DNA from: Trypanosoma brucei
Lineage: Eukaryota
DNA: 64,000 bases
Direction: 5' to 3'
Assembly (NCBI GenBank): GCA_000002445.1
Contig: CP000069.1
Location: 832,001 to 896,000, forward strand
In this document: positions 42,885-54,115 of the stretch, in pieces
Numbering within the stretch: position 1 is the stretch's first letter
How the letters are laid out: each line of letters begins with the position of its first letter
The notes under the pieces: model-generated
Told to the model about the DNA's origin: nothing
Seen by the model: the letters and a program-made list of their open reading frames with translations, nothing else
Database searches by the model: none
Program-made: the position numbers and the translations under genes

Positions 42885-45137
42885 ATGCTGCATGAAATTT
42901 ACGCTCCACGGGATGTCGCAAGTATAGCTTGGAGCCGGCGGAAGCTAAGTGATTTTCAAAAACTAGTAAATAAAATACGAGAGGGGTTTGTGCCACCAGG
43001 TCCAATACTACTTTACGGACCATCAGGTTGTGGTAAACTTTCGTCTGTGTTAGCCATTTTTCAGCAGCCACAGCCGCAAACTCCTGGGGGTGGTGGCTCC
43101 TCTTCGCGTTGCTCTTTTTCACGTGCTCGAGTGTTGCATTCATGTGACGCTTCACCATGGGAATATCACCAATTTCTGATGGGTGTTCTGTCTGAGCACG
43201 GTGGCGCTAACAATAACGTAGTGGTCGATTCAGATAAGTCGGTTACTGCTAAAGCTCTTCAACGGGGTGAAGGTTCGGACGGCTTTTGTGCGGCGGTACC
43301 ACATGTGGTAAAGTTCTACGGAGAAGCACCAACTTCACTTTTGCATTCGGTAACGCTTCGTTTTCTTAATTACTACAACGCATACAGACACGAAACTTCC
43401 CTATGTGGTAACTCCGTCGGCGCAGTGAAAGATGGGAACTTGCTCACTTTACGTCGACATATATTGGTTTTAATATTCACCACCCATGACACACACAATG
43501 AAAAGGTGGCACTGGGGAAATTGCTGCCTTCAAGTATTCTTAATCACCCTTGTTTGCACATGTTCTATTGTCCACCTGTGACGGAGCGAAGTTTAATTAC
43601 TTGCATTAAACGGGTATTCAATACGGAGCAACTTCAGAGACGGAAACAAGGGCAAACCCCTCCTCCTCCTCTAAATGATGAGGAAATTAAATTATTGGCC
43701 GAGCAATGTCATGGCGACATCCGCCACGCTCTGCTTCAAACTCAATGGCTTTTGTTGAACACAAATGATCATATAGCGGGTGAAGAGCAGAAGGTACAGA
43801 AGGCACCGCAGAAGCGGCGGAGGTCACCACGTGTTGGTGCTCAGGCATTGAGGAGTATGGAAGATCTCCTGGCTGATGATTTTGAAGAAAGCAATACGTC
43901 TGGAAGCATGGTAAAACCGCCCAGCACAGCTAAAGGAGACAATATGAATGGTGATAATGAGAACTCGAATAGCTCAAAGTCATTGTCGCAAGAAAATGAA
44001 GGTCTTTCAGTATCTAGAGATGATTATCTTGATGTCTCCCATGCTGCAGCACGCGTACTCACACAAAAGTACACAATGGAGTCAGTGGTGCAGCTACTCA
44101 ACGTGGAACCAGACAAATTACTCGGGTATCTCACAAACAACATGCTCCCTTACTTCCTTCCTGAACATATGGAGCCATGCGCACTAACCGCTGCCGCCGC
44201 GAGTTATTCCGATGCTCTACGTGTCTCAGCTGTTAATTATAGGTTTATTCGCAGCAACCATGGACTATTCACCACTTCGCTCACTGGTGACAATGAAAAC
44301 GAAGGAACAGGACCTACAGATATCAGATTGATATCCCTTCTACTCTTCGGCAAAGCTTATACTGTCTACCACAAAAATGTTTACGTTCCAAGTGTGTTTG
44401 GTGGGAAGCGGGCGCCCCCTCATCTCGCCTTTGCGTATCCACGGTTGAGGGAGTTGCAATTTGCTCGTGGTCGATATAAATTTCGTAACGATGAATTGGA
44501 AATGAATGAACATGACTCTGAGCGAGATGGGGAGAAAAAGTTTGCCCTATTTTCGAGTGAGGAGGAATGGCGTCGTGACTTTTTGCACCGCTTAGAGTTG
44601 CAGTTGTCTAATGGCGAAAATCAGATAGGACCTGTGGTTGATGTATTAAAGGAGACGCTTCCGCCACTTCTTGATAGGTGCAACTCACTGGATTCGCTTA
44701 TTCTTGAGTATGCACCATATGCGAGGCGGATTGTGCTCAATCACTCATCGTCCCCCTCGGAATCACCTATCCGTACTTGTAACGCAAATGTCAGCAGCCC
44801 TTCGAGATGCATTGGTGGTACTACGCCACCTCCGGAATTGAAGAGCGCAGGGGCGCTTTCACGTCCAAAGCGGACGTTATTTATGGTTGGACAGAAAACT
44901 ACGACAGTAGGCCATGAACAGCCCAAACGCCGGTGCTCGAACCTGAGATATCGTGCATTGTGTGTCGGACTCCAAAAAACGCCGCCAATCAGGGAAGAGT
45001 TTTTTTACTTACCCACCGAAGAAGAGGAATGTGATGATGATGCACCAGAGTGTTTTTCAGGGCAGACTACTGTGCGACCCAGCGGTGGTTCTTCATGGTT
45101 GCCCGAAGGAGAGGTAATTGAGGAGTTTAGCGATTAA
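42885..45137 (+). CDS. P-loop AAA+ protein, Rad17/RFC-like clamp-loader type (tentative)
   Basis: Start at the ATG at 42885; the track start at 42873 is a GTG. N-terminal FVPPGPILLYGPSGCGKLSSVLAI Walker A in the position typical of Rad17/RFC large-subunit-like proteins. The rest is poorly recognisable. Confidence 0.4.
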   Translation: MLHEIYAPRDVASIAWSRRKLSDFQKLVNKIREGFVPPGPILLYGPSGCGKLSSVLAIFQQPQPQTPGGGGSSSRCSFSRARVLHSCDASPWEYHQFLMGVLSEHGGANNNVVVDSDKSVTAKALQRGEGSDGFCAAVPHVVKFYGEAPTSLLHSVTLRFLNYYNAYRHETSLCGNSVGAVKDGNLLTLRRHILVLIFTTHDTHNEKVALGKLLPSSILNHPCLHMFYCPPVTERSLITCIKRVFNTEQLQRRKQGQTPPPPLNDEEIKLLAEQCHGDIRHALLQTQWLLLNTNDHIAGEEQKVQKAPQKRRRSPRVGAQALRSMEDLLADDFEESNTSGSMVKPPSTAKGDNMNGDNENSNSSKSLSQENEGLSVSRDDYLDVSHAAARVLTQKYTMESVVQLLNVEPDKLLGYLTNNMLPYFLPEHMEPCALTAAAASYSDALRVSAVNYRFIRSNHGLFTTSLTGDNENEGTGPTDIRLISLLLFGKAYTVYHKNVYVPSVFGGKRAPPHLAFAYPRLRELQFARGRYKFRNDELEMNEHDSERDGEKKFALFSSEEEWRRDFLHRLELQLSNGENQIGPVVDVLKETLPPLLDRCNSLDSLILEYAPYARRIVLNHSSSPSESPIRTCNANVSSPSRCIGGTTPPPELKSAGALSRPKRTLFMVGQKTTTVGHEQPKRRCSNLRYRALCVGLQKTPPIREEFFYLPTEEEECDDDAPECFSGQTTVRPSGGSSWLPEGEVIEEFSD

Positions 45138-45716
45138 AATTTGTATCCGGGTTTGGGGTTCTATCGGCATTTGCAGCAGCGAATGGCACACGTATGTGTT
45201 ACGTCCAATTTTTGTCTATTGTATTTGTGCAAGTGTGTTGTGAACGCACTGACATGGCCGATTCACTACCGAGTGCCTTTTGTTTCTGACATCGAGTTTT
45301 TGTAATTGTGCGGAGTTGAATTATGAATGACGCCCTACTTCGGTTGTTTTTCATATCGTTTGAGTGTCACACCTACGTTGCGCGCTAACTTGTTCATTAC
45401 ATCATCATTTTTTTTATACGTCTGGCACAGTGTACATGTCCACTTAACTTTTGGTCCACATTATGATGCATGTCTCAACACTTTTTTTTATACCTTTGCG
45501 TTCTCAACGTACTCATTTCTCCCTATTTTTCATCCCCCCCCCCGCAGAGTTCCGGCTTCGCAGGACACTACACTGGACGCAACTGCGATTCATATCTTAG
45601 GTGTGTTCCTGAAAGTGTACCAACCGGAGAGTCCCTTTCGTTAACTAACTGAACACCTCCTCCCTTTTCCGAGGGTTGTAGAAGTTGGAAACTTCCGCTG
45701 CACAAGGGTTTCGACG

Positions 45717-47306
45717 ATGGACACTTACGCAGCGTTGCTAAGTTTCAACTTTATGGCCTCGTGGCGGACGGGCAACACAGTGATCGATACAATGATCGCG
45801 ATCATTATTCCGTTCTTGACGGAGAAATTTTCTCGTTTTCTTACTGTTGACTGGCCGAACTTTATCAGGTGGGTTATTCATTTCTTCAGTGCAGGTCGTG
45901 AGGAGGCGCGGATTCAACACGGCCTGACTGATGAATATATGCACGCAGTAGATCTGACTGAGGGTGCTGTTTTACAGGAAGCTGTGGAGCAGTACGTTAG
46001 CGAACAGTTGAAGCCAGTGTATAAGAAAGGAGAATTTCTGTTTACCTATGTTGGGGTTCGTGACACGGCAAGTCGGTCAGATAATTTGGCCAAAGTACTA
46101 CGCCAAGACTTCAAACTTATCTCCCGTCCCTTGAAGGAAAAAACAGATCTTGGTAACGGTATAACGTTAGAAATACGGGAGGGTGAAGATGTTGCAAGCG
46201 ACGACAGAGGGGATGGAACATCGAATGATAGACATAAAGGCCTTTCCGGTGAAGTAAGTGAGGGAACCGTATCACGCAAAGCAATTATGCGAGAACTTGT
46301 CCTAACAGCTGATGGGAAGTTAGGAAACGGGAAAGACAAAGTTATGGAACTTGTGCACAACGCCTACGATCTGTACGTTAAAAGGAGGGACGACACAGTT
46401 AATACTCAACGCTACCTCTACCAAGTTGTTCAGAGTGGAGACGAGAAATCGGCCTCCCAGCCAGGGTTAATGAGGGTTAAGCGATATCCCTTGTATGATG
46501 TGAAATCGTTCAAGTCACTGTTCTTCCCCAATAAGCAAAAACTCATTGACCTTGTTGATCAATTTGAATGTAAAACCGGTAAATTCGCGGTACCGGGATT
46601 TCCTCACAAATTAACACTTCTTCTGCATGGTCCACCTGGAACCGGCAAAACAAGCCTCGTAAAAGCGATTGCTCAGCACACCGGACGGCATATTATGGCT
46701 GTTCCCTTATCACAAGTGCGAACGAATCAGGAACTTATCGCCTACATGAATGATCAGCAGTTCGAAATTGTCAACAGTCGAGGGAGTGTTACAAAGATAT
46801 CTCTTCGCGCAGAGAGGGTCATCTATTTATTGGAAGATGCTGATGCCACTTCCGATATCATATTAGCAGCGAAGAAAAATGACAATGCAGCCACTAGGGC
46901 GCTGAGCGACGCTGTCAAACCATTTAAGAATATCGATTCTATTAGTATTAAAGGAGTGTTGGATGCCTTCGGTGGCATACTTTCCGCACCGAGGAGAATC
47001 ATTATAATGACGACGAATCATATTGATCGACTTCATAGCTCACTAGTAAGACCGGGGTTTGTTACCATGCAACTATACCTGGGAGAGTTCACGGAAGAAT
47101 ATGCTTTGCAAATGGCAAGACATTATTATGGTTGTGACCCCACAAGTGAAGAGCAGCTGCAATGTCTTGAGCGCGTTTTGCGCGAAGCGGGTGAGAAGGG
47201 AATTCGTTTTAGTCCTTCAGAGATGGAGCAACTCTGTGCCGAGTACGATACCCTTCAAGAGCTCGTGGAGGCATGCGCAAAAGGAAGTAGGCGATCTGTC
47301 TTCTAG
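45717..47306 (+). CDS. BCS1-like AAA ATPase
   Basis: Hydrophobic N-terminus. AAA core GFPHKLTLLLHGPPGTGKTSLVKAIAQHTGRHIMAVPLS and IIIMTTNHIDRLHSSLVRPGFVTMQLYLG parallel the BCS1-type GxPxxRGYLLYGPPGTGKSS / TTNhxexLDpALiRpGRvD. Confidence 0.7.
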   Translation: MDTYAALLSFNFMASWRTGNTVIDTMIAIIIPFLTEKFSRFLTVDWPNFIRWVIHFFSAGREEARIQHGLTDEYMHAVDLTEGAVLQEAVEQYVSEQLKPVYKKGEFLFTYVGVRDTASRSDNLAKVLRQDFKLISRPLKEKTDLGNGITLEIREGEDVASDDRGDGTSNDRHKGLSGEVSEGTVSRKAIMRELVLTADGKLGNGKDKVMELVHNAYDLYVKRRDDTVNTQRYLYQVVQSGDEKSASQPGLMRVKRYPLYDVKSFKSLFFPNKQKLIDLVDQFECKTGKFAVPGFPHKLTLLLHGPPGTGKTSLVKAIAQHTGRHIMAVPLSQVRTNQELIAYMNDQQFEIVNSRGSVTKISLRAERVIYLLEDADATSDIILAAKKNDNAATRALSDAVKPFKNIDSISIKGVLDAFGGILSAPRRIIIMTTNHIDRLHSSLVRPGFVTMQLYLGEFTEEYALQMARHYYGCDPTSEEQLQCLERVLREAGEKGIRFSPSEMEQLCAEYDTLQELVEACAKGSRRSVF

Positions 47307-47850
47307 TAATCTCTCTTTTTGTTTTACTTGACCTTTGAAAGCGTCATGTGTGAAAGAAAAAGAAAAAAAAAGAGCAGCGAGTGGGAGGAAAGAGAGTGCG
47401 TAGATGCACCAATTTTGTTCCGATTGTGCACTGGTGGTGCTGTGGTTATTTTTGATTTGTCTTTTTCGGCGTTGGGGGTAGGGAAATACCGCCAACTTTC
47501 CGCATTTCTGAGTTGTAGAGGAAGTAACTTGCAACTTTTCGCTTTATTTATCAACTGTGATGGGGAGTAATATTATATTTTATTTTACGTGAGCTTTTAC
47601 AGTTGCAGGCTTTCGGGAAATCCGCTCGCTTTCCCCCCCCCTTCATCTGTATTCGTTGCTGTTTTGGAAACCTCCACAAACACTGTGCACAATCTTAAGG
47701 AACATACCTCTGCATAGGTGTAGGTAATTCAGCACATCGCCACAACCACCGTTTGTTTGTTCATTTTTACCTGTTTTGCCGTATATTTAAAGGTCCTTAC
47801 CACAAAGAAAGGAAATCATTAAGTGTGATCAGTACTGGTGATCGGGTTTC

Positions 47851-48606
47851 ATGGAAAAAGAAAAAAAAACAGTGAATATTCTACTGCTAGTTACGGGCAG
47901 CATTGCAGCCGTAAAGGTGGGTTTACTTTTGGACCAACTTGTTGATGAGGCGTGCAGTGTTCGCATTGCTGCAACCAAATCTGCTTTTCACTTCATCACA
48001 CGGGCTCAGCACTCCAGAAAGGGTATACAACTTAATCGGATTCTGACGGATGAGGATGAATGGAAGGAGTGGCAGGGGATGAATGATGCAGTGATGCATA
48101 TTGAGCTTCGTAGATGGGCAGACATTGTCGTCATAGCCCCTCTTGACGCTAATACATTAGCGAAATTGGCTGTTGGTATGTGTGATAATCTCGTTACATG
48201 TGTTATGCGAGCGTGGGAGGTACGCAAGAAACCTGTGGTGTTGTGTCCAGCTATGAATACCGCCATGTGGACGCATCCTGTCACCGCTCAACAGTTGCGT
48301 ACGTTATGTGATTGGTACGGTGGTGATCCCTCTCAGTTACATATTGACGTCGAAGAAGCTAATGAGGAGGGGTTTAAAGCAGTGCTACCCAACACCTTAG
48401 AAACCTCTCTGTTCCAAATCGTTGGCCCGGTGAAGAAGCGACTGGCGTGTGGTGACGTTGGTATTGGTGGAATGGCTCCTGTGGAAGAAGTGGCACGGGC
48501 AATAAAACACACAGCAAGCCTCATTAGAGCTGCGCGCGCCACACCAGCAACCACTCTCGAAAATGAAACGAATAAGAACGGTAAGGGCGCGGATGAACCG
48601 CAATAA
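47851..48606 (+). CDS. PPCDC: phosphopantothenoylcysteine decarboxylase (HFCD flavoprotein, CoA biosynthesis)
   Basis: ILLLVTGSIAAVKVGLLLDQL; VRIAATKSAFHFI; ADIVVIAPLDANTLAKLAVGMCDNLVTCVMRAW; VVLCPAMNTAMWTHPVTAQQL. Canonical flavoprotein/PPC-decarboxylase motifs. Confidence 0.85.
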   Translation: MEKEKKTVNILLLVTGSIAAVKVGLLLDQLVDEACSVRIAATKSAFHFITRAQHSRKGIQLNRILTDEDEWKEWQGMNDAVMHIELRRWADIVVIAPLDANTLAKLAVGMCDNLVTCVMRAWEVRKKPVVLCPAMNTAMWTHPVTAQQLRTLCDWYGGDPSQLHIDVEEANEEGFKAVLPNTLETSLFQIVGPVKKRLACGDVGIGGMAPVEEVARAIKHTASLIRAARATPATTLENETNKNGKGADEPQ

Positions 48607-49263
48607 AAATAATGGTATAGGACCGAGGAAAGTAAGGTGGTCGGCACAACAACTCATGCGCAGTCACAGAAGCGCTATTAATTCCATGAAACGTTGATTA
48701 AATTTTTTTTTTCGCTGCCATTGTTCTTGTTTATTTTTATGTTGAAGTATATGATGGTGCAGCGAATACGTCTTTTAAATCTATCGCACGCTATCCACAT
48801 CACTTCTACATTTCCTTTTTTGTTTGCTGTGTGCATTTGTGTTTGTTATTTTTACTAGTGAAACCCGCAGGTGGTCGCGTTAGTTGCTTCGCTTACAATG
48901 ACAACTTCCTGAAATCGTGTCTTCTTGGTTCACACTTCATTAATCAAATGCGTGCCTCGTTATGAGTGGGAATGATGTTCCTTGTTTACAAATGAATGCG
49001 ATATCCTTTTCTTTTGTGTTCATGTCGGAACTGCTTCTTCGTATATAGGTACTGAGTTTCTTCGGTACCGTTTACACCACACTTATTGGATATTTTCACT
49101 GTTGTTATCAATGCTGTCGATGGTTTTTTTTTTCTCTCTGCTGAAGTTTGCTCTTATAACCACACATCTGGAAAAGAAAAAGAGCGAGCAACCAGTGTGC
49201 AAGGTGTAAGTTTTTCTTTGTTTTTCTGTATTTGGACTAAGAAGTCACTTTGTATGGTATAGT

Positions 49264-50157
49264 ATGGATGGCAAGGAAGATGGTTTAAACAACCGAAACT
49301 CAAATACGGATACTTCTAAGGATTTTCAGATAGTGGAGTTGCGTGCCATTGAAAAGGAACTTTTGGTACTGAGGGCACGAAGTGAAGCTTGGGAGTCAAC
49401 CGTAGCGGAGGTATTGGAATGGATCTCAGGTGCCTTAAGGGGAGATCCCCTCCATCTTCAACTCATAGAACTTCTCCTCGAAGAGCTTGACGGAAACGGA
49501 GGAATCGAGAGGGTCCTCACTGAGGAGAAATTTTGTAAATTCTGCGGCTCACCTCTTTTTAAAATGCATGATAAGTTGCCATATTCATCATCGAGGTCTG
49601 CTTTTAGTGGAAGAGAAGCAAGTGTCTACGTTACCGGAAGCAACGCAGATTTTGAACAGAAATATTCACACGTTTACACAACTTCCTTTACATCGTCCTC
49701 GTTACCAGAGGGCAAACCCAAATGGTCAGGAAGGGCAGATTCACCGGAATTCAAAAATCCGTTTTATAACCAGTGCAGGTGCTCGAGCAGTCCTCCACAA
49801 GGTAGACCAGAAGATTCATATGGGCAAACGTATGCCCAGAACCGTCGCCACGGAAGTTACTGGAACTCAGCGGAAAGGCAAAGCAGTTGCGTATATAGCA
49901 GCAACAGGGGTAGCCAATCTGGTAGCTGTTATATGAATTTTCCAGGCTATCACAATGTCTGGGGAGCACCTACTGATAACAGTACGGCTTACGAGGCTTG
50001 TTCAACTTCGGAAACGTGGAGAAATTACCCAAATGAATCTCGTTTTCACGTATTTGATAGTGGAAGCGACGAACAGCGTCCCATAGATTATTTGTACATC
50101 CGTGCATCTGGAAGAATAATCCCTGTTGACCCAAGCGACCGCTGGCCCTTTTGTTAG
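49264..50157 (+). CDS. hypothetical protein with Y/S/N/Q-rich low-complexity C-terminal half
   Basis: ATG-initiated 297-aa ORF on the coding strand. Coiled-coil-like N-terminus; C-terminal SYWNSAERQSSCVYSSNRGSQSGSCYMNFPGYHNVWG composition. Confidence 0.4.
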   Translation: MDGKEDGLNNRNSNTDTSKDFQIVELRAIEKELLVLRARSEAWESTVAEVLEWISGALRGDPLHLQLIELLLEELDGNGGIERVLTEEKFCKFCGSPLFKMHDKLPYSSSRSAFSGREASVYVTGSNADFEQKYSHVYTTSFTSSSLPEGKPKWSGRADSPEFKNPFYNQCRCSSSPPQGRPEDSYGQTYAQNRRHGSYWNSAERQSSCVYSSNRGSQSGSCYMNFPGYHNVWGAPTDNSTAYEACSTSETWRNYPNESRFHVFDSGSDEQRPIDYLYIRASGRIIPVDPSDRWPFC

Positions 50158-50891
50158 GGTACGGTTTTGAGAGTTTTTTATTTGTATTGTTTTCATGTAC
50201 TTTATCTTTTGTTTACGGTTTCTCGTGTCCTCGTGCAATGACGGGCTCAAAAGCCTTTTATTGCATTGGTTACGCAAAAAAAAATAATAATAATAAGTTC
50301 TTGGCGAAAACTATACTTTGGAGGATAACACGTGGAGAAAAAAAAAAGGAATATATATGGTGCGATGGGGAGAGAGCTGGGTACCTTAAATGGCGCAGTT
50401 AACTACAATTGTTACCAGTGCACTGTTTGTACTCCTTTTTAGTTCTTTTCCTTCACACATGCCAAGGTTTGTGTGATGTCATTTTTTTCGAATGCCTCAT
50501 TGCAAGCCTTTCGTATCGGACTGACGTTTGAAATACTTTTATTTTGTACCAAATTGATTTTCTTTTCGCTTGTATATTCCTCTTCTTCTGATTCTTGCTA
50601 ATATTTGTAGGTACATCACGTGAATAACAGTTTTTGATTTATGCTGTTCCATGTTGTCGTTTTTTTCCCCCTCGTCGAATCACTTAGCAACCTTTTTCAT
50701 ACCTATTCGTGTATTTGTGGGTGGGTTGGTGGATACGTGCTTCCTGTTCATTATTACTACGTATGCAAGGATTGATCGTTGTTACTACCGTTTCCCATCT
50801 CTTTATTGCGATATCACACGAACGAGAAATCTCGTTTTCCAATTTTTTCTTCTTTATTGAAATTACTGGAGGGCATCTCTGTGTTACAGCC

Positions 50892-53800
50892 ATGTCTAAG
50901 CTTTACAAGGCTCAGACAGAGATGGTGCACACATGGGAGTTTACCGCCTTTATCCGTGCAGTAGGCGAAGCCCGCTCTAAACAAGAGGAAGACGAAATCA
51001 TACAACGTGACCTCGGTAATCTCCGCAAATCTTTCGAAACCGCACACGTGGAGGACTGGCTACTGAAAGAGTACGTTGTGCGCGTGCTTTACGCTGAAAT
51101 GCTCGGGCACCCAGCCAAGTTTGCGCACATTCATTGCGTGAACCTTTCAGCAAGCCCTGACTTGCTGGTGAAGCGCACTGGTTACCTTGGAACTTGGCTC
51201 ACAATTGCACCACAGGAGGATATCATGATTCTCATAGTGTCTAATTTGCTACGCGATATGAATTCATGTAATTTTCTTCACACTGCTGCAGCATTAACTG
51301 CGGCATCGAAAGTAGTGCGGCGCGACCTCATCTGTGCGATCAAACCGGAAGTGGTGAAGTTGCTTGACCACTCAGCACCACTAGTACGGAAAAAGGCTGT
51401 GATAGCGCTGCACGCCCTCTATCGTAACACAGCCGATCTTATCGACTACAAAAACTTTTTTCTCAGGGCACTAGGTGATCCTAATCCTGCTGTTGAAGCC
51501 GCCGCACTTTCCCCATTGTTAGACATTGTCCAAACAAATCCCGAATTGTGCCGAGACCTGACAGAGACTTTCATAAAGGTTCTCGAAAAAGTCGTTAGCC
51601 GCCGGCTGTCAGGGGACTACGAGTACCAACGCGTCCCAGGGCCTTGGTTTCAAATCCAAGTTATGCGGATTCTTGCAGCCCTAGTATGTGACAGCCGTGA
51701 ACTTGCTGCAAAGTGTGAGTACGTTTTGACTGAGGTTATCACGAGAGCAGACACGGGGTCTACCATTGGATATGCAGTTGCTTGCGAAGCAATTAGCTTG
51801 ATAACTCGAATTCCGACGATTCCCTCTCTGATCGAACTTTCAGTTGAAACGACCGCAAAGATGTTTGCCACGAGGAATGTGAACTTGCGCTATACTGCTA
51901 TTCAGGCACTTTCCAACCTCGCGTGTATCAACACTGACTATCTTCGCAGACATCAGGAAGACATTTTGGAATGTTTGGGGGATGGTGACGAGATGATTCG
52001 CCGCAAAACGACGTTCCTACTCCTTTCGATGTGCAACGAGGGAAATGTGGATATTATCGTTAAAAAACTGATCAAATATTTGAATAGTCAGATCGATAAG
52101 TATGTTCTTCAAGAGCTCACTCAGAGCATCTGTAGAACGGTGGAGCGTTTCAGCATGAGAAGGCTATGGTATATTAGTACGATGAACAGACTGCTTCTTT
52201 GCGCAGCCGAGCATGTTCCATATTCCTCAATTCAAGGAATGTTGAAACTCATTGTCGAAGGCGGTGAATCTGGGGACGAAGCGTCGGATGTGGCATTTCG
52301 TTTGCGTTGTGTGGAGGATTATTTTGGACTGATTAGTTGCTCACAAAAGAAAATGCCAGATGCTTTGTGTCGTGTGGCCGCGTGGGTTGTTGGTGAGTAT
52401 GGCTTCCTTGCCACTGCGATAAATCGAAGACTGATGGTTGACGGACTGTGCGATTTGTTTGCTAGAACGGACAGCGGTGATGCACGGGATTGGATAATTA
52501 TGGCGGTGATGAAAATTGTTGCCAGTGATGGTGTGGTACCAGAGAATGTGAAGGAGCTCATAGAGCGCTTCAAGGATAGTAGGATCGCTACGACACAACA
52601 ACGCTGTTACGAATTTTCGAGGCTCACGCAAATGTTACCTTTGATGAAACGGTCGCTACCGTTGGATAGGTGTTGTGAAGAGGTCGATATCGAGGAGACA
52701 TTGAGTTTTCTCAACCCCTTCGTGCAGAAGGCGCTGCTCGGTGGTGCAAAACCTTATGAGAAGCGACCTGTTTGCCGCGAGGTTCGGATGGAGATTCCGC
52801 TCTGCATTGAAAAATATGAAACTCCTCAACTGAAAACTTCGGAAGCGAGTTTGACTTGCGAAGTGTGCGACACGGAGGCGAAACCACCGGAACTCGCAAT
52901 ACGCCCCAGCACGAGGCGATGGGGCGCTAAGACCGGTAACGCAGCTGCAATGGTTAACACGGGTTTGGCGCCGGATTCACACATGCGGGAAGTCGGTGGC
53001 GGCGAGAGGATAACCTTATCGGCTCAAGTGGCTCGCACGGGTGCGACGTTAGATGAACCTTGCGGAGTCTTTGGGCCACAATGTGACCAGTCCTTACCAG
53101 CTACCCCACCGACTTTAGGTACAAAGTGTTCTAAAAACAAAAAATTGCTGGAAGATATTTTTGACGCATCAGTTCAGCTGAAAAAATATCCCCACGTTGC
53201 GCAGCAGGTGCCAGATTTATTTGAGGCTGTCGAAGTGGAAAACAAAAAGAATCTGGCAGGAGAGAACGGCTCGGCTCTTAGCGTCCACATGGAACACGTA
53301 AGGGAAGAAAGAGCGGTGGGTATCACATTGTTTATAGTTGGCAACGTAACGGTGAATGATCTAGTAGTCAACGTACTTCCTCCGTCTAACTGCACTCTCC
53401 ATGTCACATCACATTCTGTACAATCTGCGAAGCTTACCGGAAGTACTACTATTACTATGGAGACACTGAAGGTGAATCAGTCACTCGAGGTAGTTATGCA
53501 GCTTCTTCTTACTGGATTCCCAAATGATATGCATGTGCGGGTAAAGGTAGTTTATCGACGCTCCGAACCCTTTGACATGATTGACGTTGGTAAATCAGAG
53601 TCCAAAACTGCGACCATGACGCTGCAAGTCGGTGATTTTCTTCGCCCGGCTTCGTCGATGACTACCGACACGTTCGGCGAGATGTGGCTGAAGTATATCG
53701 GGGAATACAAAACAACACTTCACGGCACTGCAGCATTAACACTTGAGTCTATTAGCCAGTTGCTGATGGAGCGGGCCTCCCTACGTGTCGTAGAAATGAT

Positions 53801-53969
53801 TGGAAATGAACTCATAGTTGCGGCTGTGCTGCCTGGAACTGATCAACTACTACTGGGCCACGTTGTCCTTGTGGATCATCATTGCGCCAACGCGACCTTT
53901 CGTGCGCAAGATAAAAGGTTAGCGGAGTTTGTAGTCCGCTCATTGGACAGCGCGATACCATTGTCGTAG
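50892..53969 (+). CDS. adaptor-protein complex large subunit, AP-4 epsilon-like adaptin
   Basis: Start moved to the ATG at 50892 after the polypyrimidine tract; the track start at 50709 is a GTG. FIRAVGEARSKQEEDEIIQRDLGNLRKSF, VRVLYAEMLGHPAKFAHIHCV, RKKAVIALHALY, YEYQRVPGPWFQIQVMRILAAL, NLRYTAIQALSNL and AAWVVGEYGFLA parallel AP-4 epsilon motifs (SKHEEEKLIQQELSSLK, VPAPWLQIQLLRIL, MSWVLGEYSYLL) better than gamma or alpha adaptin. Confidence 0.7.
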   Translation: MSKLYKAQTEMVHTWEFTAFIRAVGEARSKQEEDEIIQRDLGNLRKSFETAHVEDWLLKEYVVRVLYAEMLGHPAKFAHIHCVNLSASPDLLVKRTGYLGTWLTIAPQEDIMILIVSNLLRDMNSCNFLHTAAALTAASKVVRRDLICAIKPEVVKLLDHSAPLVRKKAVIALHALYRNTADLIDYKNFFLRALGDPNPAVEAAALSPLLDIVQTNPELCRDLTETFIKVLEKVVSRRLSGDYEYQRVPGPWFQIQVMRILAALVCDSRELAAKCEYVLTEVITRADTGSTIGYAVACEAISLITRIPTIPSLIELSVETTAKMFATRNVNLRYTAIQALSNLACINTDYLRRHQEDILECLGDGDEMIRRKTTFLLLSMCNEGNVDIIVKKLIKYLNSQIDKYVLQELTQSICRTVERFSMRRLWYISTMNRLLLCAAEHVPYSSIQGMLKLIVEGGESGDEASDVAFRLRCVEDYFGLISCSQKKMPDALCRVAAWVVGEYGFLATAINRRLMVDGLCDLFARTDSGDARDWIIMAVMKIVASDGVVPENVKELIERFKDSRIATTQQRCYEFSRLTQMLPLMKRSLPLDRCCEEVDIEETLSFLNPFVQKALLGGAKPYEKRPVCREVRMEIPLCIEKYETPQLKTSEASLTCEVCDTEAKPPELAIRPSTRRWGAKTGNAAAMVNTGLAPDSHMREVGGGERITLSAQVARTGATLDEPCGVFGPQCDQSLPATPPTLGTKCSKNKKLLEDIFDASVQLKKYPHVAQQVPDLFEAVEVENKKNLAGENGSALSVHMEHVREERAVGITLFIVGNVTVNDLVVNVLPPSNCTLHVTSHSVQSAKLTGSTTITMETLKVNQSLEVVMQLLLTGFPNDMHVRVKVVYRRSEPFDMIDVGKSESKTATMTLQVGDFLRPASSMTTDTFGEMWLKYIGEYKTTLHGTAALTLESISQLLMERASLRVVEMIGNELIVAAVLPGTDQLLLGHVVLVDHHCANATFRAQDKRLAEFVVRSLDSAIPLS

Positions 53970-54094
53970 GAAGTGAAGAAATATAGCGAGTACATAGTGG
54001 TAAGGAGGAGTCAAGCAACGAACCTTTTCTTTTTAAATTGTATGTAGCTAACGGCTGGTATGTGTTAACCACCGCTCATAGTTTTTTCCCGTAT

Positions 54095-54114
54095 CTGTCT
54101 GTCTGTCTGTCTGT
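54095..54114. repeat. (CTGT)5 tetranucleotide repeat abutting the Pus3-like start codon
   Basis: ctgtctgtctgtctgtctgt immediately 5' of the ATG at 54116. Confidence 0.85.
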
Positions 54115-54115
54115 C

